Shown: piece by piece, positions 38,318 to 47,007 of the stretch
How positions within the stretch are numbered: the stretch's first letter is position 1
Layout: every line of letters starts with the position of its first letter
From: a virus
Reading direction: 5' to 3' (one strand)
Virus record (IMG/VR): IMGVR_UViG_3300045988_182734
Location: 1-64,000 of that record
Length of the DNA stretch: 64,000 nt
Translations under genes and position numbers: made by a program
The notes under the pieces: generated by a model
Told to the model about the DNA's origin: nothing
The model's database searches: none
Seen by the model: only the letters and a program-made list of their open reading frames with translations

Positions 38318-39271
38318 ATGGCTGCATCAAAGAAAGATGTTGCGAAGCAGCAGGTCAAAGAAGACCGCGAAAAGGTTCGGGAAATGTATCTTTCTGGCAA
38401 AACTGTCAAGGAAATCGCCAAGGAAACGTATTTTTCAAGCTCTTATTGCTATGCCATGGTGAGAGACCTAGCAAAAGAAAAGAATCTTGCAAAGAAAGCA
38501 AAAAGAGCACCTCTCGACGAAGCTATGATTCAAGATGCGAAAGCCGAGATGACGGTTGCTGAAATCGCAAAGAAGCATGGCGTGACCTATCAGCAGTGCT
38601 ACTATACTGTTTCTGAATACGCTCAAGCTACGATTAAGAAGAACAAGAAAAAGCAGTCTGCTGCCACGAAAGTTCGCAATGCGGCTATGTTGGAAGATGC
38701 GAAAGCCGGAATGACAGATAAGGAAATCGCCAAAAAATACTTTTTGTCTCGAAGCAGTGTCCGTACCGTCCTTGCAGGGCATCTACATACAAATTCCAAA
38801 AAGTTGGATGAAAGGCGCAAGGCGATTCTTGCGGATTATGAGGCAGGAACGTCCTCAAAAGACATCTGTGAGAAATACGGTATTTCAAAATCCACTCTAT
38901 ACAAGGACATGCGCCAAATTGGAAAAACCTGTCAGGAATACTATCACAAGGCGCTGAAAGACAAGACCAATCAAAGGAATTCCGATATTCGAAGCAAAAT
39001 CGAAAGAGGGGTCTCGGTCAGCACTATTGCCAAGGAATACGGAATCTCTAAAACGGCGATTTATGAAACCTTTCATCAGGAAAATGTCAGAGCTGGAATT
39101 TTACAGAAACGCGGCCGTCCGCGAAAAAACACGGAACGTAATGCACTGATTGCTAAACGCCACAGGGAAGGCGAGGCAATACAGGCACTTGCTACCGAAT
39201 ATAATCTCTCTGTTTCGACGGTAAACACTATTTGCAGTAGAAACAAAAATCAGAATATAGCATCATATTAA
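38318..39271 (+). CDS. Tandem-HTH-repeat protein (6 units)
   Basis: RBS GTGAGGAATAATTGC. Six ~45-aa repeats of G.(S/T)..EIAK.Y..S...(Y/V). Confidence 0.65.
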   Translation: MAASKKDVAKQQVKEDREKVREMYLSGKTVKEIAKETYFSSSYCYAMVRDLAKEKNLAKKAKRAPLDEAMIQDAKAEMTVAEIAKKHGVTYQQCYYTVSEYAQATIKKNKKKQSAATKVRNAAMLEDAKAGMTDKEIAKKYFLSRSSVRTVLAGHLHTNSKKLDERRKAILADYEAGTSSKDICEKYGISKSTLYKDMRQIGKTCQEYYHKALKDKTNQRNSDIRSKIERGVSVSTIAKEYGISKTAIYETFHQENVRAGILQKRGRPRKNTERNALIAKRHREGEAIQALATEYNLSVSTVNTICSRNKNQNIASY

Positions 39272-39316
39272 CAGGCTGCCATTTGGCGGCCTATTTCTTT
39301 TTTAGGAGGAAATGAA

Positions 39317-40231
39317 ATGACAGACGACGTACGAAATTTGATTCGATTTGTGGTGGATGGCGATATCCGAAATGCACAGACTCAGTGCCGAATCATGCTT
39401 GAGAAAAACGTTCCCGAAAAGGATGCCAGATTCAAGGAAAATGAGCTTCGAAAACTGAACCTTCTGAAACCGGAACTCATTCAGCTGCCTGCCAACCTGG
39501 AAAACCTTTTGATTGCGGAGGACGCTACAAATTTCCCGGAAAGCCGGTTCCTGCTCCGTGAGGAAGAAGAGGCGGTTATCAACAAGCTCCTGGCTACCAG
39601 AAAAGCAGCTCTTGCCATCAAGGAATTGGGCATTCACTATACCTGCTCTTTGCTTTTGACGGGGCTTCCTGGCGTCGGCAAGACCGAATTGGCCCGTTAC
39701 ATTGCACACAAGGCAAATTTGCCGTTTGTTTTCCTGAAATTCTCTGGCTTGGTTGATTCTGCTCTTGGTCGTACACAGCAGAATATCGGCAGAGTATTTG
39801 ACTACGCAAAACGCACGCCCTGCGTTCTCTGCGTTGACGAAATTGATGCCATCGGAATGTGCCGTGGCGGCCGCGATGATGTTGCTGAAATGAGCCGTGT
39901 CACCATTGCTTTGATGCAGGAATTGGACCGGCTCCCAAACGATGTTATTCTCATCGGCACCACTAACCGCGTCGATAATTTGGACGAAGCCCTGATTCGC
40001 CGGTTTACTTTCAAACACCGGGTCAAGCCTCTGGGTGATGACGACATGAAAGAACTGTGCAAGAAGTTCCTTGCTTCGGCAGACTACCCCTTCACGGAAT
40101 CTGAACTTGACGAGCTCTGTCATTTGCTCCGTGAGCAGCGGACTGCCAGCGCTGTGGTCAATGCTTGTACAGAACGTATCGTTGCACATATCGTATCGCG
40201 GCTGCCTGAAAGCTCGGCAGATACCCTGTAA
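39317..40231 (+). CDS. AAA+ ATPase (classical FtsH/CDC48-type AAA module)
   Basis: RBS GGAGG. Walker A GLPGVGKT, Walker B VLCVDEIDA, sensor GTTNRVDNLDEALIRRF. Confidence 0.8.
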   Translation: MTDDVRNLIRFVVDGDIRNAQTQCRIMLEKNVPEKDARFKENELRKLNLLKPELIQLPANLENLLIAEDATNFPESRFLLREEEEAVINKLLATRKAALAIKELGIHYTCSLLLTGLPGVGKTELARYIAHKANLPFVFLKFSGLVDSALGRTQQNIGRVFDYAKRTPCVLCVDEIDAIGMCRGGRDDVAEMSRVTIALMQELDRLPNDVILIGTTNRVDNLDEALIRRFTFKHRVKPLGDDDMKELCKKFLASADYPFTESELDELCHLLREQRTASAVVNACTERIVAHIVSRLPESSADTL

Positions 40232-40236
40232 GACTA

Positions 40237-40934
40237 TGGTAGCCTGGGAAGAAGGCCCTCGTCAGTTCAAAATGTCCAAGCAGCTGGATGAGGGGAAGTT
40301 TGGAGAAGACTTGGCTCGCAAATTCCTCAATGACCCGATTATCAAAGTAAATCATGGCATTAGCCATTACGATGACGTGACTCAGGACAGAACGTACCAG
40401 GACAAAGATACGGATTTCATTGTCTGGAAAAATAACGGCAAAACCTTTGGTTTGGAAGCAAAAGTAGACAGTCACAATACCGGAAATCTCTACTTAGAGA
40501 CCTCAGTGGACTACTTCACCATGGTGCCGGACGCTCTGAACGAACAACGGGTAGCGCGGCAGTTTCGGGATGGCATCGACCCTTTATGGCACACCCCCGG
40601 CTGGGTATACCGGAGTGGTGCAGACCAGATTTTTTATTATTTCAAGCCTACGCAGCTGCTTTACATCTTTTCCCGCGTGGATGTCTGGTTCTACGCTGAA
40701 AAGCTTATGCGCGGTGGAATCCATCTCGACCCAGAAATCAGAAAACCGAAGATGTATTCGGCCGAAAACACCAGCGAACGTGATAGCTCAACGCTCTTCT
40801 TTGCTAACGGCTTATGCGTGAATGCCGAGCAGACATACAAGGCTTTAGGAGCTCAAAAAAGAGTCATCAAATACCAGGTTGACAACCCCGATTCAGACGT
40901 TCCAACGTTCAGCTTTTGCCCTTTCAAATTATGA
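40237..40934 (+). CDS. Putative PD-(D/E)xK-fold nuclease-like protein
   Basis: Starts 5 nt after the AAA gene stop. DKDTDFIVWK...GLEAKVD resembles a D-x(n)-E-x-K catalytic core. Weak call. Confidence 0.45.
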
Positions 40935-41018
40935 ATTTTTCGCTAACAATCGTCAAAAAATCGCACTTCAGTCTGACGGAAGAGTATAATTAAAGTATGG
41001 AAAGAGAGGACAAAAATC

Positions 41019-41447
41019 ATGAACCAAATCAACGTTGTGACGATTGGAAAACTCATTGAAGCACATCGAGACGGTGACGAGCAGAAGTTCAAAGCATACG
41101 TCGATTTTATTGTCAAAGCCTACGAAGAGCAGGAGAATGACCGTGCCGCACGAATCATTAGAAGCAGCTATACGGGTGATTATGGCGAGCAGGGGAAGGT
41201 CGTTCTGGATGAAGCAACAGAACAGACTACATACTACGAGACAGGCTGGTACGAGCCTGAAATCTTAGGCTCTGGTGGTTCCTATCGCGGAGTTACAAAA
41301 GCAAGCTCAGAAGAAGAAGCGTTGCAGCGGCTGCAAAAACACGCCGCAAACTATGCACAGCGAATCACTGTATATAAGAAAGACGGCAAAACCATAAAGC
41401 GGGAAATTGCCGAGTATGACCAATTAGAAAAGAAGTGGAGGACATGA
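41019..41447 (+). CDS. Hypothetical protein A1 (142 aa)
   Basis: RBS GAGAGGA. C-terminal 88 aa identical to A2. Confidence 0.65.
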   Translation: MNQINVVTIGKLIEAHRDGDEQKFKAYVDFIVKAYEEQENDRAARIIRSSYTGDYGEQGKVVLDEATEQTTYYETGWYEPEILGSGGSYRGVTKASSEEEALQRLQKHAANYAQRITVYKKDGKTIKREIAEYDQLEKKWRT

Positions 41448-41451
41448 TGAG

Positions 41452-41622
41452 ATGAAGTGGAATGTATTTTCTCTCGAAGCCGTCAAAACGGCATTGGAAC
41501 CAAAGTTTGTGCTGGAGAAAGTCCGTTATGTGACGGACCACGAAGAGTACGGTGCAGGCGAGTCTACACGCCTTGTTTTCCGCAACGTGGAAGAAAAGCT
41601 GTTTCAGGGGGTGATTTCGTGA
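41452..41622 (+). pseudogene. Truncated 5' copy of gene B created by tandem duplication (57 codons)
   Basis: The first ~45 codons match the start of 42052..42732, then the sequence diverges and stops. Confidence 0.5.
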
Positions 41623-42047
41623 ATAATGTAAGCGCTGTGGCTATCGGAATGCTCATCGCCGCGCATCGTGAAGGCTACGAGGAAAAATTCAAGGCTTATG
41701 TCGAGCTCATTGCCGAAACCTATGAGCAGCAGGGAAATGACCATGCCGCTAACATCATCCGCAGCTACTATACGGGTGATTATGGCGAGCAGGGGAAGGT
41801 CGTTCTGGATGAAGCAACAGAACAGACTACATACTACGAGACAGGCTGGTACGAGCCTGAAATCTTAGGCTCTGGTGGTTCCTATCGCGGAGTTACAAAA
41901 GCAAGCTCAGAAGAAGAAGCGTTGCAGCGGCTGCAAAAACACGCCGCAAACTATGCACAGCGAATCACTGTATATAAGAAAGACGGCAAAACCATAAAGC
42001 GGGAAATTGCCGAGTATGACCAATTAGAAAAGAAGTGGAGGACATGA
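41619..42047 (+). CDS. Hypothetical protein A2 (paralog of A1, GTG start)
   Basis: RBS GGGGGTGA before GTG. N-terminal 55 aa ~60% identical to A1, remainder identical. Confidence 0.6.
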   Translation: MNNVSAVAIGMLIAAHREGYEEKFKAYVELIAETYEQQGNDHAANIIRSYYTGDYGEQGKVVLDEATEQTTYYETGWYEPEILGSGGSYRGVTKASSEEEALQRLQKHAANYAQRITVYKKDGKTIKREIAEYDQLEKKWRT

Positions 42048-42051
42048 TGAG

Positions 42052-42732
42052 ATGAAGTGGAATGTATTTTCTCTCGAAGCCGTCAAAACGGCATTGGAAC
42101 CAAAGTTTGTGCTGGAGAAAGTCCGTTATGTGACGGACGACGAAGAGTACGGTGAAAGTGAGTCTACACGCCTTGTTTTCCGCAATGTGGAAGAGATGCC
42201 GGAAATCGACCACATCGAACGGACCATCTCCACATTCATTCATGACACCTATGTTCACTTCAAAGAAAAAAACATCAAACCGATACGCCTTTGGCAGGAT
42301 AACCTCAACGAAAGTGAAGACCATATCCGCTATTCCACAAACCATCTTGTTTCACCACCGCTGGGGCTCATTGGCAAAACATACATCTCCGATGAGCGCG
42401 ACTTCCACAAGTGGCTGGTAGCCCAAGGAGGGACCGAAGTTCTTGCGAGAGCGTCCGTCACCATTGATGTTGATGTGATTTACGCCTATGACAATGTCGA
42501 TAAGGTTGAGAAAAGTTCCGAAGACGGCGAGGTACATGGCGTTCTCATCAACAGTACGATGTATCTGCGCGAATCGGAAATCAAACAGGTTGCTCAGCTT
42601 ATTAAAGATGAAAAGCTCCGTAACCGCGTATTGACGCTGATGCGCTCTCATCGCCGTATTGTATCGGCTCCCGAAAAAGAAAATCGCAATATTCGGGAAA
42701 TCGCATCCGCACAGATGCTGGGTCAGGGGTGA
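42052..42732 (+). CDS. Hypothetical protein B (226 aa)
   Basis: RBS GGAGGA. Full-length copy. Confidence 0.65.
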   Translation: MKWNVFSLEAVKTALEPKFVLEKVRYVTDDEEYGESESTRLVFRNVEEMPEIDHIERTISTFIHDTYVHFKEKNIKPIRLWQDNLNESEDHIRYSTNHLVSPPLGLIGKTYISDERDFHKWLVAQGGTEVLARASVTIDVDVIYAYDNVDKVEKSSEDGEVHGVLINSTMYLRESEIKQVAQLIKDEKLRNRVLTLMRSHRRIVSAPEKENRNIREIASAQMLGQG

Positions 42733-42736
42733 AATT

Positions 42737-43222
42737 GTGAAACACAAAATCTCAGAAATCGGCGCTCAAATGCTCGAGTACCAAGAACAGCTTGCCCACG
42801 AATATCGGTACAAGCCCATCCCACGTACCTTTTTTAAGGATGTGCGGGCAGAATTTGAAGAAACTTTGCCGGAATGGTGCAATATATCCGGCGATACGAC
42901 CAAACTCGAAACCAGAAGCGGCACGGTCATTGCCAGCGGGTATAACCGAATCGTGATTGGCGACTACGGCGCATTCGTTGAGTTTTCGCGTGCCCAAGCA
43001 AATGCACGTCATTTGAAAATCAAAGAGGGGCAGAGCTATCGCATCGAAGACCCTCGCTATGCTGAGCACGTCAAGTATCTTTGGCTCACGGCGGACGATG
43101 ACTCAGACGTGAAAGTATACGACCAAAAACGCTTGGTTGAGTACGCTGACTACAAGCCGGGGATGCTGTATGTCAGCGTGTACGAGGTGTTTCCAGCGGA
43201 AACTGATGCCGGATTGTTATGA
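42737..43222 (+). CDS. Hypothetical protein
   Basis: GTG start after RBS GGGGTGA. 161 aa. Confidence 0.5.
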   Translation: MKHKISEIGAQMLEYQEQLAHEYRYKPIPRTFFKDVRAEFEETLPEWCNISGDTTKLETRSGTVIASGYNRIVIGDYGAFVEFSRAQANARHLKIKEGQSYRIEDPRYAEHVKYLWLTADDDSDVKVYDQKRLVEYADYKPGMLYVSVYEVFPAETDAGLL

Positions 43223-43497
43223 TGAGCACTGTGCTTTCGACAGCAAGCCAATCAAGCGTACACAGTGGGTGCGTTTTCTTGGGAAGGACTAACCACAGGG
43301 GCAGGAAGATTCCATTGCCGACCTGTACGCGAAAAGTGGCGCTGTGGTTTCCATGGTAGGTTCGGCTAAAGATTTGCTGACTTTCCTGCAATCTGCCGGA
43401 ACCACAAGGCATTTTTGATGCGCTTGCCCCAACCACTAGATATAGTGGCATCTTAATGTTTGTTTACAATTTAGACACTATATATTGTGTCTTTTCA

Positions 43498-43526
43498 TTG
43501 ACCGGATACCACATATATGGTATAAT
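43498..43526 (+). promoter_or_regulatory. Consensus sigma-70-type promoter TTGACC-17-TATAAT (different from the conserved family)
   Basis: Perfect hexamers. Drives a ~265-nt leader into the tRNA array. Confidence 0.6.
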
Positions 43527-43791
43527 ACAATTGTTCTCAGGAAGAGAAACGGCTCCTGAGACATCAAGGTTTTCCTTTCCCCAATCTTGGTCGCATGGCT
43601 TCATTTGAGCTGACACAGGTGAAGCGTGAAAATCATCCGTTTCATAGTAATATCCTTCCTTTCATACCTCTTTATTTCCCATTTGGCGCGGGTAACTCCG
43701 CGCCAGCCGTCCAAGCAAACAGCCTCCACGTGGTGGACGGTGGGCAACAGATGTTTCCGTGTTCCGGGCATCTGGCTAATGTTTGTATTTG

Positions 43792-43867
43792 CTGGTTTAG
43801 CTCAGCTGGTAGAGCAACTGATTTGTAATCAGTCGGTCATCGGTTCAAGTCCGATTTCCAGCTCCAG
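43792..43867 (+). tRNA. tRNA-Thr (anticodon TGT)
   Basis: Cloverleaf with D-arm TAGCTCAGCTGGTAGAGCA, anticodon loop TTTGTAA, T-loop TTCAAGT, CCA encoded. Two U-U mismatches at the base of the acceptor stem. Confidence 0.65.
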
Positions 43868-44340
43868 ACGCTATCCGTTGGATGTATCGAAATCACATGA
43901 TACGATGCTATACACAACATCTGGCGGACAGCATGCCACCCATTAAGGCGGCCTCCTCGTGGCGGGTGGCGGACAGCGGCTCTTGCGGCTGCTGACGAAT
44001 GTCTTAGAAGCATGCAAACGTACGAGCATCCCCGTCAAGTCGGGGCGCATCCAGACGCGACACAGCCGTAAAGGCGAGATTGCTGCACGGCAACTGGTAA
44101 GTTTCGCCGCAGTCTCACACACAGCCCAACGACAACCGTTAACCCGATTTGACAGGGAATCAACGACAGGGCTCAAAATTTGAAGTTGACCAACACCCAA
44201 GCGCTTTCTTGGATTCTCGCGTATCGTCAACGATGAGGTTCGCAAGATTGTCAGATGGTGTGAAGATGACATCCGGGGATGACGACCTACTAAACGGATG
44301 TCATGGCGGGGCTAAGTGAGGGTTCACCCGCAATCTTATG

Positions 44341-44415
44341 CAGGTATCGTATAACGGCTAATACTCCGCCCCTCCAAGGCGGAGACGCGGGTTCGACCCC
44401 CGCTACTTGCTCCAC
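44341..44415 (+). tRNA. tRNA-Gly (anticodon TCC) with non-canonical C33
   Basis: Very similar overall to E. coli tRNA-Gly(UCC). 7-bp anticodon stem with loop CCTCCAA (C at position 33 instead of U). Confidence 0.6.
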
Positions 44416-44690
44416 ACGTCGCAGTCACCGTACGCCACGACGTTAAACTTGGTGAGCATGGTCCACTTGTGGTCCGCTGTCGAATTGCTAATGGACAGCC
44501 TCAAAACGAATAGGCAAACAGGTGCTGTGCCTGAAAGTATTCGAAAGTCCCGGTGTTAGTCGCGAATAAGACCGGAAAACGGTGAAGAGGGTACAATACA
44601 GAATCTATCGGCGTGGCTACCGAATGGTGCTGGACGCGGGGTTGGCTTCCTCGCTGAAGGGGTGATAACCAGCATAAAACACCCTGCCGT

Positions 44691-44766
44691 GCTAGTGTAG
44701 CTCAGTTGGTAGAGCAGCTGATTCGTAATCAGCAGGCCGTCAGTTCAAATCTGACTATTAGCCCCA
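44691..44766 (+). tRNA. tRNA-Thr (anticodon CGT)
   Basis: Anticodon stem GCTGA/TCAGC, loop TTCGTAA, T-loop TTCAAAT, CCA encoded. Confidence 0.75.
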
Positions 44767-44796
44767 TTACCCGATGAAACAATAAATAGAAAGGAG

Positions 44797-45189
44797 ATGA
44801 AACTTATGGAACAGGCAATTATCAATGTTGAAGGTACGACTACCATAGAAACCGCTGCAGCGGCAAAAAAGCTGATTGAAATGTTTGGCAACCGGAACAT
44901 CCGCGCCATCGCTGTCAACCGTGTAAACGACAAGAGCGACGAGGTCATTGTTGAACTCGATTTCGTTCCCGGTTTGGCACCGCATCTGCACGGCTTCACG
45001 CTTCAGGTTAATGGCTTGACCTGTGGTTATGCTGGTACTGGTCCTTCCAATCTGTATGAAGTCCTGCAGGCGGCTGGCGTGAGTGAAGCTCAGGTAGCAC
45101 GCGAGGACATCACTCAGAAGAGCACAAAATCCATTCCCCTGCGCCTGGAACGCGCCGTGACTCAGTACGGTGACTTCCAGTTTGCGTAA
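44797..45189 (+). CDS. Hypothetical protein (130 aa)
   Basis: RBS AAAGGAG. Followed by hairpin GGCGGGCTTGACCCGCC. Confidence 0.6.
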   Translation: MKLMEQAIINVEGTTTIETAAAAKKLIEMFGNRNIRAIAVNRVNDKSDEVIVELDFVPGLAPHLHGFTLQVNGLTCGYAGTGPSNLYEVLQAAGVSEAQVAREDITQKSTKSIPLRLERAVTQYGDFQFA

Positions 45190-45219
45190 CGCTATTTGGC
45201 GGGCTTGACCCGCCATCAT

Positions 45220-45295
45220 GGAGGGATAGCTTAGCTGGATAAAGCACCTGCCGCAAAGCAGGGTATCGATGGTTCGAGGCCATCTCCCTTCTCCA
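45220..45295 (+). tRNA. tRNA-like gene with aberrant anticodon loop (6-nt CGCAAA or 8-nt CCGCAAAG); isotype unassigned
   Basis: Good acceptor (GGAGGGA/TCCCTTC), D-arm (GCTT AGCTGGATA AAGC), T-arm (GATGG TTCGAGG CCATC) and CCA, but the anticodon arm cannot form a 5+7+5 structure. Confidence 0.4.
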
Positions 45296-45654
45296 TCCAG
45301 ACACCCTTTCGCTTCCTTTCGCCAAAGGTATCTGGGGTATTGTACTGCATTACGTGTAGTACGGCCAATCAGGCGCGGAACTCCGAAACCATACCACGAA
45401 GAATTTTATCCTCTCCGCGCAGCATGGACATGCGATTTTACGGGGATGAATTCAAACCGAAATTGTGTCGAGTGGCGAAGACGGTTGCGGCACTGGCGAA
45501 GCACATATCTGCTTCGTCAACCATCCATGAGAAAGCCTCCACGTGGCAGATGGTGGGCAACGCAGCAATGCTGCGGCTGATTTCTTTCAAACCGGTATCT
45601 GAATAAATGCAGATAAATAGACGAAAAAATCAAAAAAGCAAAGGAGTACACAGC

Positions 45655-46773
45655 ATGAGTAATCAGAAAATCATCAAAGCAATCGCAGGGATTGCAGCAG
45701 CCGGTATGATGGCAACTTGTCTGCCTGTCGCAGCATTCGCAGCCACCGGCGACACCTATCATTTCTCTTTCAGCAACGGTTCTTCCCAGGACCTGGCTCC
45801 GGGCGGCTCTATGACGTTCCCGGCAAGCCAGTATGACTACGGTTACTGGATTACCCTGCAGGGCCACGGCGGCTACACCTACAACTACTATCCCGGCGAC
45901 ACTCTGCCGTACGATGCAGTTGACCAGTGGTTCACCGCTGACGGCATCACTTCCTGCTATGCGGCCGAAGGTAATCCGCGTTCCATCACCATCAACTATC
46001 AGATTGACGGTAACACTGTGCTGACCGAAACTGACACCGCCACTTTCCCCGGCAGCGTTGATGGTCAGAGCGTTGAAGCCTGGACCACCGATTCCGGCGA
46101 TACTTACACCGCGTCCAGCAAGAGCCTGAACCATGACCGCCTGTTCTACTACCTGGGCGATGACATTCACGACAATGTCCTGACCCTGAAAGCCACTACT
46201 GCATCCACTCCCGATGACGGCAAGGATGACAACAAGGGCGATGACAAGGGCGATGTCACCAACCCTGACGATAAGGGCGACAATACCGGCGACAGCGGCA
46301 CCACCACTCCCGATGACAAGGGCGACGTAGTGGCCCCCGATAAGGACAACACCGGTAAGGATAACACTTCTACCGGCTCCAACAAGGGCAACGGTACTAC
46401 CACTACTCCGACCGCTCCTCGCAAAAACGTTGAAGTCTCTGAGCACGGTGAAATTGCCGCCGCCATTGCCAATGGCACCTGGGGCAATGAGTACACCGTC
46501 TGCACCAGCTGTGGCTATCACAACTGGACCCGCAAGGGTAACGTTTACGTCTGTGACCATTGTGGTCACGAAGTCCTGACTGTCAAGGGCGCTGATGGCG
46601 TCAAGGGTTATGCTGGCACTCTGGCTGGCAATGAACCCCAGTACGCTTCTACCTCTGAAGCTCAGGCTGCTGCCGAAAAGCGTGAAGCTGCTTATGCCGC
46701 TTCTATCGCTGCTCTGCAGGCACAGGTTGCCGCTCGTGAAGCTGCTTATGCCGCTTCCCTGGGCATCCACTAA
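45655..46773 (+). CDS. Secreted protein with Asp/Gly/Lys-rich linker and C-terminal Cys4 ribbon-like motif
   Basis: RBS AAAGGAG. Signal peptide ending AAFAATG. CTSCGYHNW...CDHCGHE. Confidence 0.7.
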   Translation: MSNQKIIKAIAGIAAAGMMATCLPVAAFAATGDTYHFSFSNGSSQDLAPGGSMTFPASQYDYGYWITLQGHGGYTYNYYPGDTLPYDAVDQWFTADGITSCYAAEGNPRSITINYQIDGNTVLTETDTATFPGSVDGQSVEAWTTDSGDTYTASSKSLNHDRLFYYLGDDIHDNVLTLKATTASTPDDGKDDNKGDDKGDVTNPDDKGDNTGDSGTTTPDDKGDVVAPDKDNTGKDNTSTGSNKGNGTTTTPTAPRKNVEVSEHGEIAAAIANGTWGNEYTVCTSCGYHNWTRKGNVYVCDHCGHEVLTVKGADGVKGYAGTLAGNEPQYASTSEAQAAAEKREAAYAASIAALQAQVAAREAAYAASLGIH

Positions 46774-46814
46774 TTTGCCATCCTCTGACGATATCCGATA
46801 ATTTTCTCCTTGCT

Positions 46815-46848
46815 GTGGGGCGGGGCTTCGGCTCCGCCCCATCCTTTT
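46815..46848 (+). terminator. Intrinsic terminator
   Basis: GGGGCGGGGC-ttcg-GCTCCGCCCC then ATCCTTTTTT. Confidence 0.65.
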
Positions 46849-46850
46849 TT

Positions 46851-46939
46851 GGTCAGGTGTCCGAGCGGTTTAAGGAACTGGTCTTGAAAACCAGCGACGC
46901 CAAAAACGTCCGTGGGTTCGAATCCCACTCTGACCGCCA
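46851..46939 (+). tRNA. tRNA-Ser (anticodon TGA)
   Basis: Type II tRNA with long variable arm, anticodon loop CTTGAAA, G73, CCA encoded. Confidence 0.8.
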
Positions 46940-46941
46940 TG

Positions 46942-46975
46942 TTTGCCGGGGCTTCCCGGCTTTTTGTTTTTTTGT
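46942..46975 (+). terminator. Intrinsic terminator
   Basis: GCCGGGGC-ttc-CCGGC then TTTTTGTTTTTTT. Confidence 0.6.
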
Positions 46976-47007
46976 AAGTGACACAAGGAAACAGATTGCT
47001 GTATTGA

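Noticed and set aside
39302-40189. 295-aa minus-strand ORF (also 37825..38421)
   Set aside because: They are antisense to the AAA ATPase and HTH-repeat genes.
41172-42145. Direct repeat array considered as possible CRISPR or satellite
   Set aside because: There are only two copies of a 370-bp coding segment with a 600-bp period and no short repeat-spacer architecture. It is a tandem gene duplication.
43626-43946. 106-aa ORF (also 45269..45580 and 45340..45606)
   Set aside because: It spans tRNA-Thr and the repeated ASTW.MVGN-encoding motif, with no RBS. The similarity between these ORFs is due to the shared DNA motif, not to coding.
45517-46842. 441-aa minus-strand ORF
   Set aside because: It is antisense to the secreted-protein gene 45655..46773. 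The Gly/Ser-rich translation is from the GAC/GGC-rich linker, with no start context.
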